Program-made: the position numbers and the translations under genes
The notes under the pieces: model-generated
The model's database searches: none
The model's input: only the letters and a program-made list of their open reading frames with translations
Told to the model about the DNA's origin: nothing
Assembly (NCBI GenBank): GCA_044356215.1
Contig: JBIKWQ010000016.1
Span: 1 to 47,987, forward strand
Length of the DNA: 47,987 bases
Direction: 5' to 3'
Source of the DNA: Bdellovibrionota bacterium
Lineage (GTDB): Bacteria; Bdellovibrionota_C; UBA2361; OMII01
Part shown: one piece after another, positions 40,491 to 47,987 of the stretch
Numbering within the stretch: position 1 is the stretch's first letter
How the letters are laid out: each line of letters starts with the position of its first letter

Positions 40491-41990
40491 ATGCTTATCT
40501 CCTCCTTACGCGCCAACTCGCGCATCCGTATCATCGCGTCCTTTAGAAGGCGGGCTCCGGCCGTACCGCTTGCTCTGGCAGTCGGAATGGGCCAGGTGTC
40601 TGTGTGGTTTCTTGGGGCTAGTTTATGGATATCTCTTTTAGTTGGCGTTCTGGGATGCGGTGTATTATTAAAAAGATTACGCGGTTACTCGTGGCTTATT
40701 TGCGGAGTCCTCGCGGGGCTGATAAGTGCTTATCTCGCCCTTAGACCTGATAGTCCAACTCATCTATTCAATGGTGACATCAGCGTATTTGGGACTATTG
40801 ATGGTGTTCCAAGACACCCTAAACCAGGAGAGATAACATTTGAACTGCGAGTCAGTGATGCAGCGCGCGGTGAGCTTATCAGGTGCCGAGCTATCGAGCT
40901 CCCTTGGCGCAACGCGGCTCACCTTAAGCCAGGTGATGGTGTGTGGGTCAGGGGCGAGTTTAGCTCGCTCACTAAACCGCTAAATCCATTTTCTTGGGAG
41001 GGGTGGCTTTGGAGGCGTGGCGTTACCGCTGAATGCAAGGCGCGATTTGTATCAGTTCCAGCTTTCAGTAATACACCTTTTCTCTACAGGTTACGCGAAG
41101 TATTACGTGAGCGAGTCTTTAGCTTAATTGGTGATTCCGCAGGTGGGGCTCTCTTATTATCAATGGCGCTGGGATATCACGATCTCTTGAGTGTGCCGCT
41201 TGAGAAGGCTTTCACGAGGTTGGGACTAACACATCTCCTGGTAGTTTCAGGTTATCAGGTGAGTCTGATGTTTGGCTTTGTTCTGGCTTGTTCAGCTAGG
41301 ATAATCGGCACTCTAAATTATGGAAGCCGATACCTCCGGTCATTAATGAGTGTCGGAGCGTTTTTTTTCGCCGCAATCTATGTCGTGTTTATCGGGGCAG
41401 AGATGTCAGCGGTTAGGGCGCTGCTGGCTGCGTCATGTGCTTGCGCCCACCTCTTAAGTGAGCGCGAAACATCATTCGCGCAGCGGTGGGGCCTGGCGCT
41501 ACTTGGCATGGAGCTAATTTGGCCGTGGAGCGTGTTTGACATCGGAGTGGCGCTCACCTTCGCTGCTTTGTTGGGGATCGGTCTTGGTTCAGATATCGCA
41601 GGTAAATCGAAGGTCGCCCAGACTTTCTGGGTCACATTTTCAGTCTGGCTCTGCACAAGCATGATAATTGTGGCTTGGCAGGGGACGGTTTCCCCTGTTG
41701 GGTTAGTTCTAAATCTGCTACTCGCAGCGCCCTGGTCTGTCATCAACTGTGTAGTCGGCTTGTGTGCGTTAGCTTTGAGCTTTATCTCGCTGCCAGGAAC
41801 GCTCTATCCGCTAAAGCTGGTGGCCCTGATAAATCAAACGCTAAGTGATATAGTTCTGTTGATCGGTGAGTCTAGCTTTGGAGGTTGGCAGGTCGAGGGA
41901 TTAATAAGGATCTTTGTGCTATCACTCTTAGCTGCTGCGCTAGCTCTAGTTCTACGATTGACCGTCAGAAGAAAGAGGGTCAGGACTTAA
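40491..41990 (+). CDS. comEC: ComEC/Rec2-family competence protein without the metallo-beta-lactamase domain
   Basis: OB-type DUF4131 segment (LNPFSWEGWL), GLTHLLVVSG, SAVRA, FDIGVALTF, LVLNLLLAAP. Confidence 0.85.
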   Translation: MLISSLRANSRIRIIASFRRRAPAVPLALAVGMGQVSVWFLGASLWISLLVGVLGCGVLLKRLRGYSWLICGVLAGLISAYLALRPDSPTHLFNGDISVFGTIDGVPRHPKPGEITFELRVSDAARGELIRCRAIELPWRNAAHLKPGDGVWVRGEFSSLTKPLNPFSWEGWLWRRGVTAECKARFVSVPAFSNTPFLYRLREVLRERVFSLIGDSAGGALLLSMALGYHDLLSVPLEKAFTRLGLTHLLVVSGYQVSLMFGFVLACSARIIGTLNYGSRYLRSLMSVGAFFFAAIYVVFIGAEMSAVRALLAASCACAHLLSERETSFAQRWGLALLGMELIWPWSVFDIGVALTFAALLGIGLGSDIAGKSKVAQTFWVTFSVWLCTSMIIVAWQGTVSPVGLVLNLLLAAPWSVINCVVGLCALALSFISLPGTLYPLKLVALINQTLSDIVLLIGESSFGGWQVEGLIRIFVLSLLAAALALVLRLTVRRKRVRT

Positions 41991-43069
41991 GCCGCCAATT
42001 CCGGCATGCAGAGCTTCTTCATTGAGTCTAGATTCTCAACGATCCTTCCAACACCGCGAACAACGCAGGTTAATGGGTCAGCGTCTCTTACAAAGCTAAT
42101 TCCGCTTCTCTCAGTAAGTTTCTCAGCTAGTCCGCGTAGAAGTGATCCACCACCTACAAGGTGAACCCCGTTGGCTAAGATATCTTGAGCTACCTCTGGG
42201 GAAACGTTCTCAAGAGCGGTGTAAATAGCGCCAACGATCGAACACAGCGGCTCGTGAAGAGCCTGTCTGATCGTCTCGTTTGTAATTTCAAGGGCGCGCG
42301 GCATGCCAGAGGCAAGATCTCTTCCGTAAACTGTCATGGTAAGAAGGGGCGCGTGTCTTAATAGTGAACCAACTGTAATCTTAGCGCGCTCTGCCTCGAA
42401 AACACTGATCTCAAGGCCGCATCTCTGACGGATATATCTCTGGATCGCCTCATCCATCTTATCACCAGCGACTCGAATGGCGAAGCTGTACATTGTTCCA
42501 CTCAGACTAACTATCGCGATCTCAGTTGTCCCACCACCTATATCTACAACCATACTGCCTATCGGCTGATCCACAGGTAGCGAGCTGCCGATCGCGGCAG
42601 CCATCGACTCCTCAATCAGATACACCTGTCTCATTCCCGCCGATAGCGCGGCATCCAGCACCGCGCGTTTCTCAACTTGTGTGATATCTGATGGAACGCC
42701 GATAATGGCGCGAGGTTTAACGAGTGACCACCTCGTACGAACGACGTTGAGCATGTGGCGAATCATCTCGCTGGTCATTCGGAAGTCGGCGATAACACCA
42801 TCGCGCATCGGTCTTACGCACCTCACAGATCGAGAGGTCTTTCCGTACATCCGTTTAGCGGCGGAGCCCACCGCGAGGATCTCCTCTGTCTCCGCGTCAA
42901 CAGCCACGACAGATGGCTCGTTTAGCACTATTCCCAGACCTTTGACGTAAACAAGAGTGTTCGCTGTCCCGAGATCGATCGCCACATCAGCCGCCATTAC
43001 ATTTGATAGTTTGTTCCAAGCGTTTGAGCTGAATGAAGTTCCTTTCCCAAGTATATTACGCACGCGCAC
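41987..43069 (-). CDS. mreB: MreB/Mbl-like actin homologue
   Basis: AIDLGTANT, NEPSVVA, RPMRDGVIADF, ITQVEKRA, VDIGGGTTE, GRDLASGMP, GGGSLL. Start uncertain (43069/43063/42997). Confidence 0.9.
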   Translation of the reverse strand: MRVRNILGKGTSFSSNAWNKLSNVMAADVAIDLGTANTLVYVKGLGIVLNEPSVVAVDAETEEILAVGSAAKRMYGKTSRSVRCVRPMRDGVIADFRMTSEMIRHMLNVVRTRWSLVKPRAIIGVPSDITQVEKRAVLDAALSAGMRQVYLIEESMAAAIGSSLPVDQPIGSMVVDIGGGTTEIAIVSLSGTMYSFAIRVAGDKMDEAIQRYIRQRCGLEISVFEAERAKITVGSLLRHAPLLTMTVYGRDLASGMPRALEITNETIRQALHEPLCSIVGAIYTALENVSPEVAQDILANGVHLVGGGSLLRGLAEKLTERSGISFVRDADPLTCVVRGVGRIVENLDSMKKLCMPELAA

Positions 43070-44009
43070 CCCCTAAATTAACAGAATTTTTAACTGATAT
43101 CGGTTGTTGTTTTAAAGTGAGATCGATACTGAAGCGCGCGCCGGAGCTAAGTTTGGCCCGGTAGCTCTCTATGCTGACGCAAACTGGCTTATCGGATGAG
43201 CTTAAATGATTAGCCAAGCTCTGCAGCTTCTGCTGAAAAAATGAGCTCATCATGTTATCAACCGCGATAACCAAATCTCCATCTGGCAGGCGGGAATAGG
43301 GGAAGTGTGGTGGCAGAGCCTGTTGCGTCAGTCGGGTGAACTGCTCTGATATCTGAACAGAGAGCGAGACACCGCCCGTTGATTCTATATCTCTTAAAGA
43401 CTCAAGTCGTATACGTAAGAGCTCGATTGAATCGTGGCCGATGGCGTCTCCTAGATCGCCTGTAGCTTGCTTAAATAGATCCCACGAAGCTTCAACGGGG
43501 GACACCTGACCAGCTTTAGTTGACCAGGACAGGAAACCTTCTACGCTTCGAGCGATCTGCTCGAGGATTCGGATCTCTTTGTTTGAGAACCCCGCTGGGC
43601 TAACGCTGTCGCACATCAATACGCCAAAAGATTCGCTAGTTATATCTGACGCGTTTGTTGGCTTGGATAGGCGTGGATGCGCTCCTAGAGCAGGAGGGGG
43701 ATTGACTCGTATAGGCACCGCCACCAAGCTCTTCACTGGCTCCTGATCTACATATATGCCGATCGCGGAGCTCGAGATGTCGCATGGAGCTAGGTGGATC
43801 GACTTGCCATGTTCGGCGACCCAGCCTAGGAGTCCGTGGCCGACCTGAATCCTGGAGTTTTTGACAAGTGATGCCTCTGATGTAAAAGCCGCTAAGTCGA
43901 TTGACGCGTTGTTCGGAACGAATATCGCGGCGGTGTGAGCGCCGGTAACTAGAGACGCTAACTTTGTTAGCTCCTGAATATCTTCTCTAAGATGGTTAGA
44001 TACAGACAT
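43056..44009 (-). CDS. GAF-domain protein with a degenerate GGDEF-like C-terminal domain
   Basis: GHGLLGWVAEHG, VKSLVAVPI, FGVLMCDS..FSNKE (GAF), then YSRLPDGDLVI at the GGDEF-equivalent position. Confidence 0.75.
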   Translation of the reverse strand: MSVSNHLREDIQELTKLASLVTGAHTAAIFVPNNASIDLAAFTSEASLVKNSRIQVGHGLLGWVAEHGKSIHLAPCDISSSAIGIYVDQEPVKSLVAVPIRVNPPPALGAHPRLSKPTNASDITSESFGVLMCDSVSPAGFSNKEIRILEQIARSVEGFLSWSTKAGQVSPVEASWDLFKQATGDLGDAIGHDSIELLRIRLESLRDIESTGGVSLSVQISEQFTRLTQQALPPHFPYSRLPDGDLVIAVDNMMSSFFQQKLQSLANHLSSSDKPVCVSIESYRAKLSSGARFSIDLTLKQQPISVKNSVNLGGARA

Positions 44010-44163
44010 TACTACTACGAAATGCAGGGTGAGGCCCGCGCGCGCGGGGTTACTTTAAGTGGCCTAAAGTTACCAGAAGGGCGCTAAATGAACAAGCTCG
44101 AAAGCAGCATGTTTGGCGATATAATATGTGCGACGGTCCAAAAATCCGGTGAGTAGGGAAGGA

Positions 44164-45789
44164 TTATTTAGCGTATGTCTTCCCCGCGTTCGCTTTCTTT
44201 GATGAAACTTTTTCCTCTTGAGAGTCAGAGTCTGTGGCGGACTCGTCCTCAGAGCCATGAGCCACTGAATGTTTGTTGTCATTCGCCGCTGCGCGGGCTG
44301 CCATAGGTTGCTCCTTAGCACCCTCCATCTCGAACTCGTACTCATCAGGTCTTAAGCGACCGTCAGGGAGGATTAGGATCTGCACCTTATACTCGGATTC
44401 CAATCCAGCTATCTCAGCTCTTTTGTTATTCAGAAGAAAGAACGCCGGCATAGATGGCAATCGCGCCTTCACCTTCTTTACCTGTCCGACTATGACAGCT
44501 CCTTGAATCTTTCTGAGCGCTTCAAGCGCCACCAATTCAGGATTCTTTATCTGGCCATTTCCGAGGCAGTGCTCGCAGCGGATATGACTGTGGCTGGTTA
44601 AAGAAGCTCTTAGCCGCTGGCGCGACATCTCAAGGAGGCCGAATTTTGATAGTTTACCAAGCTCTATACGTGCTTTATCGGTGCTAACACAGTCCTGCAG
44701 ACGTCGCTCAACAGCCGAGCGGTGGCGCTTGTCCGCCATATCGATAAAATCGATCACTACCAGTCCACCTAAATCGCGTAGCCGTAGCTGACGGGCCACC
44801 TCTTCAGCGGCCTCAAGGTTGGTCTTATACGCAGTCTCCTCGATATTAGCTGAGTCAGTTGCCTTGCCTGAGTTAACATCGATCGCCACAAGCGCCTCGA
44901 GTTGCTCGATGACTATAGCGCCACCAGATGGCAGCTTGACCTCCCGTGAGAGGGCATCTTGCACCTGTTGGTCGATACCGTGATGAGTAAAAATAGGACC
45001 TCGCTCCTCGTAGAGTTTAATTCTAGAGCGATATCTCGGCATGACCTGCCCAACAAACTCGCGCACGTTCTGAAATGTCTTCGGATCGTCGATAACGATC
45101 TCACGAACATCTGGAGTGAAATAGTCTCTGATAACACGGGTAGCTAGGTCATTATCCTTATAGAGCAGAGTGGGGGCCTTGGCGCTCTGATTTGCTACCA
45201 AGATGCTCTCCCAAAGCTTTAGTTGGAGAGAGAGGTCTCTTGATAACTCACCTTGTGAACGGTCCAGTCCAGCTGTACGAATTATCATCCCCATGCCAAC
45301 TGGCACTTCGAGTTCCTTTGATAATCTCCCCAATCTTAAGCGCTGCTCGTTATCGTGAATCTTTCGCGATATACCGCCGCGATCACTCCCTGGCATAATC
45401 ACCAGATAGCGTCCCGGAAGCGAGATATACGTAGTTAGAGTGGCGCCCTTCATATCGCGCTCCTCTTTAACAACCTGTACTACCAGCTCCTGTCCAGGCT
45501 CTAGTACATCTTGAATTCTAACCTTGCCGCCGCGACCGCTACGGTCACGAAAACATGACGGGTGCACATCATTAATCTGTAGGAAACCGTTGCGGTTGGT
45601 CCCTATATCAATGAAAGCCGCTTGTAGGCTCGGTTCAATCCTGGAGATCCTTCCGCGGTAAATATTGCCTTTGGCTTTCTTGCCTACGTTTGACTCAATC
45701 TCCAGCTCAGCAAGCGTGGAGCCGTCTTCGATTATCGCGATGCGGCACTCCTCTGGATGCACCGCGTTGATCAACATCCTCTGTTCCAT
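44164..45789 (-). CDS. rne: ribonuclease E/G family endoribonuclease
   Basis: MLINA..EECRIAI, GNIYRG..EPSLQAAFIDIG, DVNSG, QLRLRDLGG.VIDFIDM, EMSRQR, CxxC zinc link. Start set to ATG 45789, which has a GGGGGA SD. Confidence 0.93.
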   Translation of the reverse strand: MEQRMLINAVHPEECRIAIIEDGSTLAELEIESNVGKKAKGNIYRGRISRIEPSLQAAFIDIGTNRNGFLQINDVHPSCFRDRSGRGGKVRIQDVLEPGQELVVQVVKEERDMKGATLTTYISLPGRYLVIMPGSDRGGISRKIHDNEQRLRLGRLSKELEVPVGMGMIIRTAGLDRSQGELSRDLSLQLKLWESILVANQSAKAPTLLYKDNDLATRVIRDYFTPDVREIVIDDPKTFQNVREFVGQVMPRYRSRIKLYEERGPIFTHHGIDQQVQDALSREVKLPSGGAIVIEQLEALVAIDVNSGKATDSANIEETAYKTNLEAAEEVARQLRLRDLGGLVVIDFIDMADKRHRSAVERRLQDCVSTDKARIELGKLSKFGLLEMSRQRLRASLTSHSHIRCEHCLGNGQIKNPELVALEALRKIQGAVIVGQVKKVKARLPSMPAFFLLNNKRAEIAGLESEYKVQILILPDGRLRPDEYEFEMEGAKEQPMAARAAANDNKHSVAHGSEDESATDSDSQEEKVSSKKANAGKTYAK

Positions 45790-46095
45790 GATAATTCCCC
45801 CAAACGGGAGATGCTCGAAGTTGCGAGGTGGGTGATGCGCGCAGGTGGATAGAATCTTCTCCACCTGATGGCGTCACGAATTTACCCAGCCCCCTGGGTG
45901 GCGCTGATGTCCACGAAGGGAGTCCTGAGTAATGTGTGTTGTTTAAGTTACTCACAGTGACGTCGCTCACAATATCTTTTGCTACACTGCTGTAGCCGCC
46001 TCTTCTACTTAGCTAGTACGACCCAATTTACGCCGCACTCAGCTAAAGCATCTTCCAAAATCTATACATTAAAATCTGCTGGTTGGATCCCAACC
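45790..46095 (-). promoter_or_regulatory. structured 5' leader of rne
   Basis: Hairpins at 45842-45867, 45884-45899, 45926-45954, 45981-45996 and 46081-46095, plus a small stem covering the SD. Confidence 0.45.
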
Positions 46096-46472
46096 GTGTT
46101 GCTCATACCCTACCACAAAAAGAAGCTTCCCGGTACCATAGTATTTAGAACATTATCTCAAAATTAACCGTTTTCCTGGTTTGCTTCCTATTGTTTTCGC
46201 CAAATTCTGGCCTTTGAGCGGGGCCAGAAGCTTATTTGATGCAGCTTTGAAGCATCCGGATTGGGGAACGGTGTTTTTTTACTCCACCTTGATTAGACTC
46301 TTGAATTAATGACGATATCTACCTCTCAGCGGTAGAAAAGTGCGGTTGTGCGCCTGGCCCGATACGTATCTTGAATCTGAAACGAGAAACTTTGAATCAT
46401 TTTAATATGTAGGGTTCCCGTATTTTTCGAGCTGTTGGTGATCTTAAAAGTTTGAATTAGGGCTAAGGCATC

Positions 46473-47819
46473 GTGTTCGTGGTCGATATAACATTTCAGG
46501 GAGACAGCTCATCCGTCGAACGGATCTTCGTGCGTCGTCCCTATATGACCATCGGAGCCGATGATGCCTCGCACGTCGTTGTAACAGAGATGGAGGATCT
46601 TGGTTTCTCGATCATTATTCAGCGAGACCTCTCGCGTTCCTTTAAAGTAACGACCTCTTCTAATTCCAAGCGCGGCGCGCCTGCTTTTATCGGAGGCACA
46701 TACGATGGCCGCGCTAGCATCGATGTCGGTGTGGTGTCATTCAATATCACGGCGCTCGACCTCGATGTGATCATTCGTGATAACGAGCCGCTCGATAAGG
46801 CTGGCCTGCGGATTTTAAGGCGGGCATTAGCTAACTCAGTTCCTGAATTCCCAGCGCTGATTGTAACTGCTCCGAATCGCGCCGCGCTATCATTCTGGCC
46901 TGACCAGCCTCTTCTTGTTGGTCGCTCCAGAGGCGCCGCTGTGCGGCTCGATGTCCCGACAGTTTCGCTGCAGCACGCCCGAGTTGGCTTTGAGTCTGGG
47001 CAGTTTTGGGTAGAGGATCTGGGCTCTACTAATGGAACTTTCGTCGGTGATAGACAGATCTCCGGAAGAACAACAGTGACTCCTGGAACCCCGATTCATG
47101 TCAGCAGAGACGCGTGTATCGTTGGGGTAGTATCAAGAGATCAACTAAACCTGATTGATTCACCCGCGGTTAAAAGTGGAGCTCCCAAAGCTAATGTGGA
47201 GCCTCTCTTCCCAGCGCTTGTGTCTCTCTCGGCTGTGGCTCGTCCATCGCGTGTCGCTCTCAAAGCGGGAACGCGCATCGATGTTGGTCGAGATCCATCG
47301 TGCGGCTTATGGCTGGGGGCTCCTCACATCTCGCGACGTCACTGCTCGATTGAGGTATCAAAAACTGGAGAGGTTCGCGTTGTGGATAGCAGCACTAATG
47401 GAACTGCATACGATGGTGGTCTGTTGGGTAAGTCTGAATCTTATGACACTTCAGACCAGCCGGTGGTTCTCGATTTCGGCGCGGGCGTCACGGTGGCGCT
47501 CTGTTTTTCCGCGGAACATGAGACGCAATTTCAGGAGGCTCAGGGAGCGCCTGATTCATTCAAGCCGCAAACGGCAGCCAAGCAGCAGAAAGCTACGCGA
47601 CAGAGATCGCCCCGCGAGAGGCGAAATACTACTTGGTTTAAAATGGATGAGTCAGTGTTGAGGGATATGCGAAATCACGAGGGGGGACTGGGAAGATTTA
47701 AAGCACTCAGAAGTGGTCTCACGATGCAGGGCAAAATCGCTTTAGCGGTTATATTTTTGGGATTTTTTGGATTGATAGCGGTAATGGCCTGGATGGTTGT
47801 TTCCGGCTTAGGAAGATAA
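46473..47819 (+). CDS. multi-FHA-domain protein with a C-terminal TM anchor
   Basis: Two canonical FHA domains (VGRS..VSLQHA..DLGSTNGTF; VGRD..ISRRHC..DSSTNGT), a degenerate N-terminal FHA-like unit, and a terminal hydrophobic helix. Confidence 0.9.
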   Translation: MFVVDITFQGDSSSVERIFVRRPYMTIGADDASHVVVTEMEDLGFSIIIQRDLSRSFKVTTSSNSKRGAPAFIGGTYDGRASIDVGVVSFNITALDLDVIIRDNEPLDKAGLRILRRALANSVPEFPALIVTAPNRAALSFWPDQPLLVGRSRGAAVRLDVPTVSLQHARVGFESGQFWVEDLGSTNGTFVGDRQISGRTTVTPGTPIHVSRDACIVGVVSRDQLNLIDSPAVKSGAPKANVEPLFPALVSLSAVARPSRVALKAGTRIDVGRDPSCGLWLGAPHISRRHCSIEVSKTGEVRVVDSSTNGTAYDGGLLGKSESYDTSDQPVVLDFGAGVTVALCFSAEHETQFQEAQGAPDSFKPQTAAKQQKATRQRSPRERRNTTWFKMDESVLRDMRNHEGGLGRFKALRSGLTMQGKIALAVIFLGFFGLIAVMAWMVVSGLGR

Positions 47820-47860
47820 TTTAAAGAGGAATTTATCCTAAAAACGGCAGTTAAGGAGGA

Positions 47861-47987
47861 CCAAAATGGTGAAGCTGGTTAAAAGCACAAGAGATTTTGA
47901 AATTTTCGGCGCGCAACCCTGGCACCGTCAGGGTGAGCACCGAAAATTCAAAAGCCGCAGTGATTTTAGCCAGATGCGCCGTTTTGG
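47861..47987 (+). repeat. long imperfect palindrome (~60-nt arms, 7-nt loop GCACCGT) reaching the window end
   Basis: Left arm CCAAAATGGTGAAGCTGGTTAAAAGCAC...TTTTCGG...CCCTG versus revcomp of the right arm CCAAAACGGCGCATCTGGCTAAAATCAC...TTTTCGG...CCCTG. Confidence 0.85.

Noticed and set aside
44035..44048. Palindrome CCCGCGCGCGCGGG as operator or Z-DNA site
   Set aside because: A low-complexity CG alternation is self-complementary by construction, and there is no other support.
45790..45864. Longer N-terminus of RNase E from the ORF track start at 45864
   Set aside because: Family homology begins at MEQRMLINA, which has a proper SD. The upstream part lies in hairpins of the leader.

Overview
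A mostly housekeeping bacterial chromosome segment (genetic code 11). The IclR, RpoD and the lipoprotein-dap arrangement suggest a former-Deltaproteobacteria/Bdellovibrionota-like lineage, which is an inference. Core blocks are ileS (type 2), an acyl-CoA dehydrogenase, an IclR regulator, dapB-dapA, rpoD-dnaG-greA-efp-gltX, ligA-folA-thyA, rplY-pth-rpsF-rplI (no rpsR), comEC, an mreB-like gene and rne/rng. Accessory patches are: a split EamA transporter with a divergent tandem Lrp/AsnC regulator; a phosphotransferase / YLDPGTGS-peptide / kinase-methyltransferase surface-modification module; a pseudo-PP2C; and a nucleoside hydrolase followed by a 1019-aa protein. That protein is built from 336-bp (112-aa) tandem repeats with clustered variable positions and is my best candidate for an undescribed system. 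Non-coding structure includes a nested inverted-repeat MITE-like element (30137-30297), a ~60-bp-arm hairpin running to the window end, structured rne and iclR leaders, and a duplicated ribosomal-protein promoter motif. I saw no rRNA, tRNA, CRISPR array, integrase or transposase. All calls come from reading motifs by eye; no database searches were run.
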